NCBI RefSeq assembly: GCF_009914755.1 | Contig: NC_060938.1 | Reading direction: 5' to 3' (one strand) | DNA: 64,000 bases | DNA from: the human T2T-CHM13v2.0 reference genome, Homo sapiens | Part shown: one piece after another, positions 57,480-64,000 of the stretch | How positions within the stretch are numbered: position 1 is the stretch's first letter | Layout: each line of letters opens with the position of its first letter | The notes under the pieces: generated by a model | What the model was told of the DNA's origin: nothing | The model's input: only the letters and a program-made list of their open reading frames with translations | Databases searched by the model: none | Program-made: the position numbers and the translations under genes

Positions 57480-60400
57480 GAAACACAGAGGAACAGAGAA
57501 GAGATTCTAAAATGTATGCGAAAAAGAATTCCACTTCCATGCATGAAGAATTAACTGTTACAGAATTCACTGCCTCTCCCTACTGTAAACAACTGGACAA
57601 AATATATTAAATGACTGGTTGCAGACAACAGGCAGCTCAGGGCTGTGATCCCTGAGAGAAGGGAAATAAGTGAGGTGAGCCCCAGCTTACTGCCTAAGGC
57701 AGTTTTCACAGGCCCAATAACAAGGAATAAGGAACCAAACAGCCCTATGATCTGAGTTGAAGAGACAAAGATTACAGTCTGAGGAGGTGAGGCAGCTGAA
57801 ATTTGTAAAGGAAACTGCCAGAGATGAGGGGGCTTCATAGAGGCATAGAGCTTTGTAGAGCTACAGAGGATACTCTCTGAGCCCTTGGTCAGGTACTGTT
57901 TTGTTTGTGTGCATGGTGAAGCGCCACAGAATGGGGAAAGAACTACTGGAAAGCAATAGGCTGAACAACTTCTGTAGCTCACAAAGGACTGGGATTAGTT
58001 ATGTTCCCACCTGTAGAGTGAAAAGATCTCAAAATACCAGGGAAATCGGATAGAGTCTGCAGAAGAGTGTCACCTTAGTAATGAGGATAAATTATCCCTA
58101 GATCAAAGTGTGCTCTGGACTTGCCCAAACAAAGCTTAAAAGCAAGTCTTGGGAGATAAAACTGTTCTAAAGTTAACTGCCTACCAGAACAAGTCCAACA
58201 CTCTTAACAAAATCAAGAACCGCCCCCCCACCCCCGCAAAAAAAAATTAATGGCCAGCATCCAATCAAAAATTACCAGAAACTCATGGAAGTAGTAAAAT
58301 AAGACCTATACCCAGGAGGAAAATAAATCAATAGAAACAAACCTAGAAATTACAGATGGAATTAAACACAGACAAGAAGGTTAAAATAGCTGTTACAAAT
58401 ATATTCTCTATGACGTGGAATGTAGAGGGAAATGTGCATGTTGAGAAGAACAATGTCAGAAAAAAGGTTCAAGTGATGAAACTTCTGAAGGTGAAAAATA
58501 ACATGTCTGAAATAAAAAAAAAAACACTGGATTGAGGTAGCAGTACATTAGAAACTGAAGAAGAAAAGATCAGTGAACTTGAAGGTATTGCAATAGGAAG
58601 TTCCAATATGGGGCAAGAGATGAAAAACTGAAAAAAATAAAGATAGCCATAGTAAATTGTGGGTATATATCAGGTGGTCTCAAATATGTGTAAATGGTGT
58701 CCTAGAAAGATAAGTGGAGGTAAAGGTAGCAATTTTAAAAGGCCAAAATTTTTCAAATATGATGAAAATGATAAAAGTCTAGAACCAAGAAGCTCAGTGA
58801 GCTCTAAAAAGAATATAAAGAAAACTATAGTAAGACACATGACAGTTAAATTGCCAAAAAGCAATAATAAATAGAAAATCTCAAAATCATCCAAAGAAAA
58901 AAGGCAATATGCACAGAGAAACAAAATTAAGAATGAAAAAATTAAACAGAAACACTGCAAGTCAGAAGACCATGGACCAACATCTTTAAAGTACTAAAGG
59001 GGACGGACAGAAGTAGGGAGAAACAAAGGGAGACTATCACCCTAGAATTTAGCATAAATTTCTTCAGAAGTGAAAGAGAAGTAAAGACTTTATTTCAGAA
59101 AAACAAAAGCTAAAAACAGTTATCACCAGCACACCTGCACGACAAAAAATGTTAAAGTTTTTCAGGCAGAAGGAGAAAACAACACATGGAAATTTAGATT
59201 TATATGAAGTGCTGAGTACTAGACGTGGTAAAAATGAGGGGAAATATGAAAGACACTTCTTTCTTATTTTTGATCTCTTTAAAAGAATATTGACTTTTAA
59301 GCCAAATTAATAATAATGTATGGGGTTTATAACATGCATAGAGATAAAATGACAGCAGCATCAAGGACAAGAGAGAGGAGACCATAAGATTCTTGTATTG
59401 TTTAACCCAGGAATACAAGGTTGGTTAATCGTTCAAAAGTTAGTCAGTGTAATTCTACAGACCAAAAAGGAAATGGTATGATCGTCTCCATATGCATGCA
59501 CAGAAAGTACTGGATAAGTTAAACGTTCATTATAAAATCTCTCAGGAAACTAGGAATAGATGAAACTTCCTTACTTGATAAAGGATGTTTTTGAAAAACT
59601 TAACAGGTAACCACACTTACTTGTTTTGTTTCACAACAGTATGATTATGCACATAGAAAATCCTACAGTAGAAACAAAACGAGAAGCTATTCACACTAGT
59701 AAGTACATTTAGTGGACTTGTAGGGTACAAGACCAATGTACAAAAATAAGTTCTTCTATATTAGCAATAAGTAATAGAGAATGGAAAATTTGAAGGCAAA
59801 GCATTTAAGATAGCATATGAAATACTTATGGATAAATTTAACAAAATGCATGTAATATTGCATACTATAAACTGCAAAACATTGTTGAGATAAAGAAGAC
59901 CTAAATAAAATGGAGAGACGAACCATATTTCTGGATATTATTGACATACCATATTCACTTGATATTATTTAGATACCAATTTTTCAAAAATTGATATACA
60001 TTCAGCACTATTCCAATAAAAATTCCAGATTGCCTGTTTTGTGACAAAAAATTTAAATGCATATTTGCTGTATGACCCAGCAATCCCCCTCTAGGTATTT
60101 ACCCAGGAGAAATGTATATATCCCCAGATATATACATTTCTGGGTTATAAACCCCAGCTATATTTGTGAAAGCTAAAAACTGGAAATAGTATAAATATCC
60201 TTTAAATGTCCATAGAATGGAGTAACTACTAATAGAGAAAAAGGAACAAACTACCAAGACACATAATGACATAGATAAATCTCAAAGGGTTTTGGTAAAG
60301 ACACTGAGTATGTAAGACTACATATTAAGTTTACATTTGTATGAAATTCCAGAAAAGACAGCTATAGTGACAGAAACCCTATCAATGGTTCCTGGGAGAG

Positions 60401-60590
60401 GCAGGCAGTTTCAGGGATTGGCTGCACAGTCATGAAGGAACTGTTTGGGGTGACGGGACAGTTCTATGTCTTGACTGAAGTGGTGGTTACATGACTCTTC
60501 ATTTGTCAAAACTCCTCAAATTGTACACTTAAAACTGGTGAATGTTAGTAAATGTAAACGGTACCTCAATAAAGCTGATTTTTAAAGTAG
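57480..60590 (+). mobile_element. Old L1M (L1MC/MD/ME) 5'UTR-ORF1-ORF2-3'UTR fragments
   Basis: aaagatcagtgaacttgaag (ORF1-like); ccaggaatacaaggttggtt (ORF2-like); tatgacccagcaatcc; 3' end tacctcaataaagctg. Confidence 0.75.
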
Positions 60591-61381
60591 GGAAACAGTT
60601 TTTCATAAAGTAAATTTGACGATTTGGTAATCCTTGTGTGAGTAAATAGTACGATGGATTCCTCAAGAAGCGAACACACTCTTTTTCTGAAGTGACAAAA
60701 GTAGAACTGTTTACTTTGCCTGGGGTCAGCCCATGTGCAGGTTATGAAGTTCTGTTAATGTGACTTCCTAATGAATGGATATGGACACATCTATGTTCAG
60801 CTTAGAATAACCGGGAGAGTAAAGAGATTTGAAGCCATGTATTTTGAAGAAAATCAGAATGAGTGAGAGATGTTTCACCAAGGGAAGGAATCACTGGAGG
60901 TGAGGTGAGGTACCGTGAGGCTGTCTCTAGATATTTGAAGGACTCTAGTATGTGGAGGGATTGAGGTATTTTTTTTTTTTTCTTAAATGTTCTGGCTGCA
61001 GGGAGATAGCTGTCTACCCACCACGAAGCTTCCCAGTTATTCAAGTTTGGTAACTTTTTAGACTGGATACTATTGACAAGGGCAGCATGCTGTAAAGGAG
61101 ATTCTAAAAACTTCTGAATAATATGTGCACTTTCAGCTTGCATTAATACTTGGTAACTGTGTCCTGTGATGCCACAGATGACTCAGATTCAATGGCCACT
61201 CATTTCTATTGCTTGATCTCTCTGCCCCAGCTGACAGTTTTGCTTACGGCTTGTTTCTGTTCATTCGTTCATGAGTTCATTCTTACAAATTCGATTTGCA
61301 CAGTACCATTCTTTACTGGTTCTTCTCTTCTCTTAATGTTGTTCTTTTCTAATGATGGAAACAGGATTTGATGGGTGACTG

Positions 61382-61410
61382 AACTACATCGCTTTCAACT
61401 ACATCGCTTT
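61382..61410. repeat. Short tandem duplication (aactacatcgcttt twice, 15-nt period)
   Basis: aactacatcgctttc aactacatcgcttt. Confidence 0.9.
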
Positions 61411-61539
61411 TCAAGGTGATTTCCAATCCTATGGTCTCATAAATTATAAATGATTACAAAAGTCCATATAAATTCTGTCCCCCAAACTTGGAAATTCTTT
61501 TGTAAAGGAACAAAGAAAAGAGTATGCAGTGCAGTATAG

Positions 61540-61700
61540 ACTTGCCCATCCACTTAGGAAATGTCTTACCCTAAGTCAGTTTCCTTATTTTACAAAATGG
61601 AGATAACAATATTCACCTCATGGTGGTTGTGTGGATCAGATGACTGCAGTAAAACAATACATGCAAAAACACTATGCCTTGAAAAAGCACTAACTACGCA
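61540..61700 (+). mobile_element. MIR fragment
   Basis: tcagtttccttattttacaaaatggagataacaatattcacctcatggtggttgtg. Confidence 0.7.
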
Positions 61701-62894
61701 GAATGTTCACTGATTTGGTTATTAAGGTGTATATATTTATCTTATAAATCTGTTGTGAGTTTCTTATTTGTTAGCTGGAGTTGTATCCATGTAGGAGATT
61801 TTATACATGTAGATGGCTAATCTGATTAAACTTCACACATAAATATATTGACTGAAGATTGCTGACTTTCTGTCCCCCATAAATAAGACTTGTCTGCTCT
61901 GGTTATCACATAGTTTGACTCTCGAAAAGTTGCTTTGGTGGGTGATGTCTTTAGGGTTTACCATTCAGCATAGGCTTTATCCGTAAGAGGGCAACACATT
62001 ATTTGTTGAATTTATTTACATTCTATCTCTTTCCAAAAGTACTAGAAGCAGGGCAAGTGTATTTTAAACTGCAATTTACAGGCAAAATCCTAAGGCAAAT
62101 CTGTCCTTTCATTTATTTGTCTTGCTTTAGCTAGACAGCAAGTATAATAACCTAACACTGACCCTGGTATTTTTAGCTGCAGTTCCAGGAGTTTTGTTCC
62201 ACAGTAACACCCAAGAAATAAACATTTTACCTACTGCATGGATAGACTTTTTAATCAATAATAATAGTCATATTGACTTAATAATGAATTAGATCTGAAT
62301 CCCCAGTGTATTCAATATCAAGCCATTTGACTTTTCCTGTTGATTGTTTTATTATAAGCAAAAAGATAATCAACCACAGATTTTTTTTCATATCAGAGTA
62401 TTTTCCTTGAGATGTTTCTCACAACCAATTCTTTTCGCCATTAATTTCTAAAGAAATGTAAATTTTAATTTTAATAATAGCTGAGGATGGGATAATAAAA
62501 ATAATTCTTTACCATAGATAGAATGTATTCTCACAATGTGAAGTAACATTTAAAATCTGTGCCACGGCTTTCCTCTTTGGCCGATTTGTAAGGTTTTAGT
62601 CACATGCCAAAGGACTCATGGTTAGTTGACGTTAGGGCTGAGCCTCAAGCTGAGTGCCTTGTTCCTGATCTAACTCTCTCCCCTGGCACAGGATGTCCTA
62701 GTGCTGTTGCTGTCACTGCATTGATTCTTGTGTTATATAATATCCCTGACTTTTTTGATCATATTCTCTACCAAATACAGCCAGAATGTAAAAGTTTTAA
62801 TATAGAATATGCTCAAGGGAAACCATTTTTGTGTATAATAACTTTTACCCAAATTTTTTTTTAGTGACCTGTTTTATCTGGGGGTTGTTTATAA

Positions 62895-63256
<362 letters not shown>

Positions 63257-63907
63257 TGATAAATATGCAAGAATGCAGGATATAGAATTTTTATGAGCCC
63301 TTACTGAAGAAATTACCAGAAGACAAATTTCAGCCAAAAAAAAGAGGTGAATGCAAAACTATCATCTAAACATTGAATTACACTCTATCTGAAGGACTAA
63401 AACAAATGAGAAAATGATTGCCACAGAATAGAATGTAAATATTATTATTCTGACAATGTAGAAATAATAGAATTTATAAAAGGTGGGCAAGGAAGGAAAG
63501 AATGGAGAGAGGTTCTGTAAGCATGCTAATATCCTCAGATTTTATAGCTGGGAGACAAAAATTATCACTTAAAACAGGAAGATATAAATATATTTAAAGG
63601 TTTAAAAAGCAAACAGCAATAAACAGTTTAAAAATAATTGAAAGTGTACACAGAAGGATGACAGAAAATGAAAATAGTCTTATTGTTCTTATTAGAGAGT
63701 TAATGGGTGCAAACATTTTTATAGTTTTATGCACAAAAGTAGCTGTAAGAATAGAAATATGCCCCTTCTCAGTGATCATATAAAATACAGGTAAGGCAAA
63801 GAAAGCACAGATCTTAATGCAGACGATTTTTTTAAAGACAACAGAAGCTCAGAAATTGAAAAAATTTTTTAAAATACTATTTGCAATAGCATAAAAAATG
63901 TAAAACA

Positions 63908-64000
63908 CAGTTGATGCTCATTATTCACAGATTCCATATTTACACATTTACCTACTGACTAAAATTTACTTGTAACTCCCAAATTAATACTCAGGGTCCT
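63908..64000. mobile_element. TcMar-Tigger element terminus (MER82-like), continuing past the window
   Basis: cagttgatgctcattattcacagattccatattt...aaaatttacttgtaactcccaaattaatactc. Confidence 0.65.

Overview
Primate (human-like) genomic DNA, repeat-rich, with no recognisable host protein-coding exon. It looks like the interior of a large intron, probably of a + strand transcription unit: there are non-coding exon candidates at 22216-22353 and 38602-38690, and the LTRs lie antisense. I cannot name the host gene. Main elements: a full-length but dead L1PA5-7 (28550-34682, +); a nested ERV1 solo LTR > L1PA7 > AluSc stack (52418-56021); an MLT2A (HERV-L) LTR; six Alus; Charlie1, Tigger3/MER7, MADE1 and MER82-like DNA transposons; and many old L1M/HAL1/L2/L3/MIR fragments. 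The most unusual item is a 112-nt ERV1-LTR R-region RNA retroposed like a SINE, with TSDs, two A-tails and an apparent 24-nt 3' transduction (19058-19254). Also notable are a perfect recent 170-bp-period duplication at the window start, a template-switch hairpin inside an old L1, and loss of the terminal poly(A) signal in both young + strand L1s. All repeat family names come from recalled consensus sequences, not from a search.
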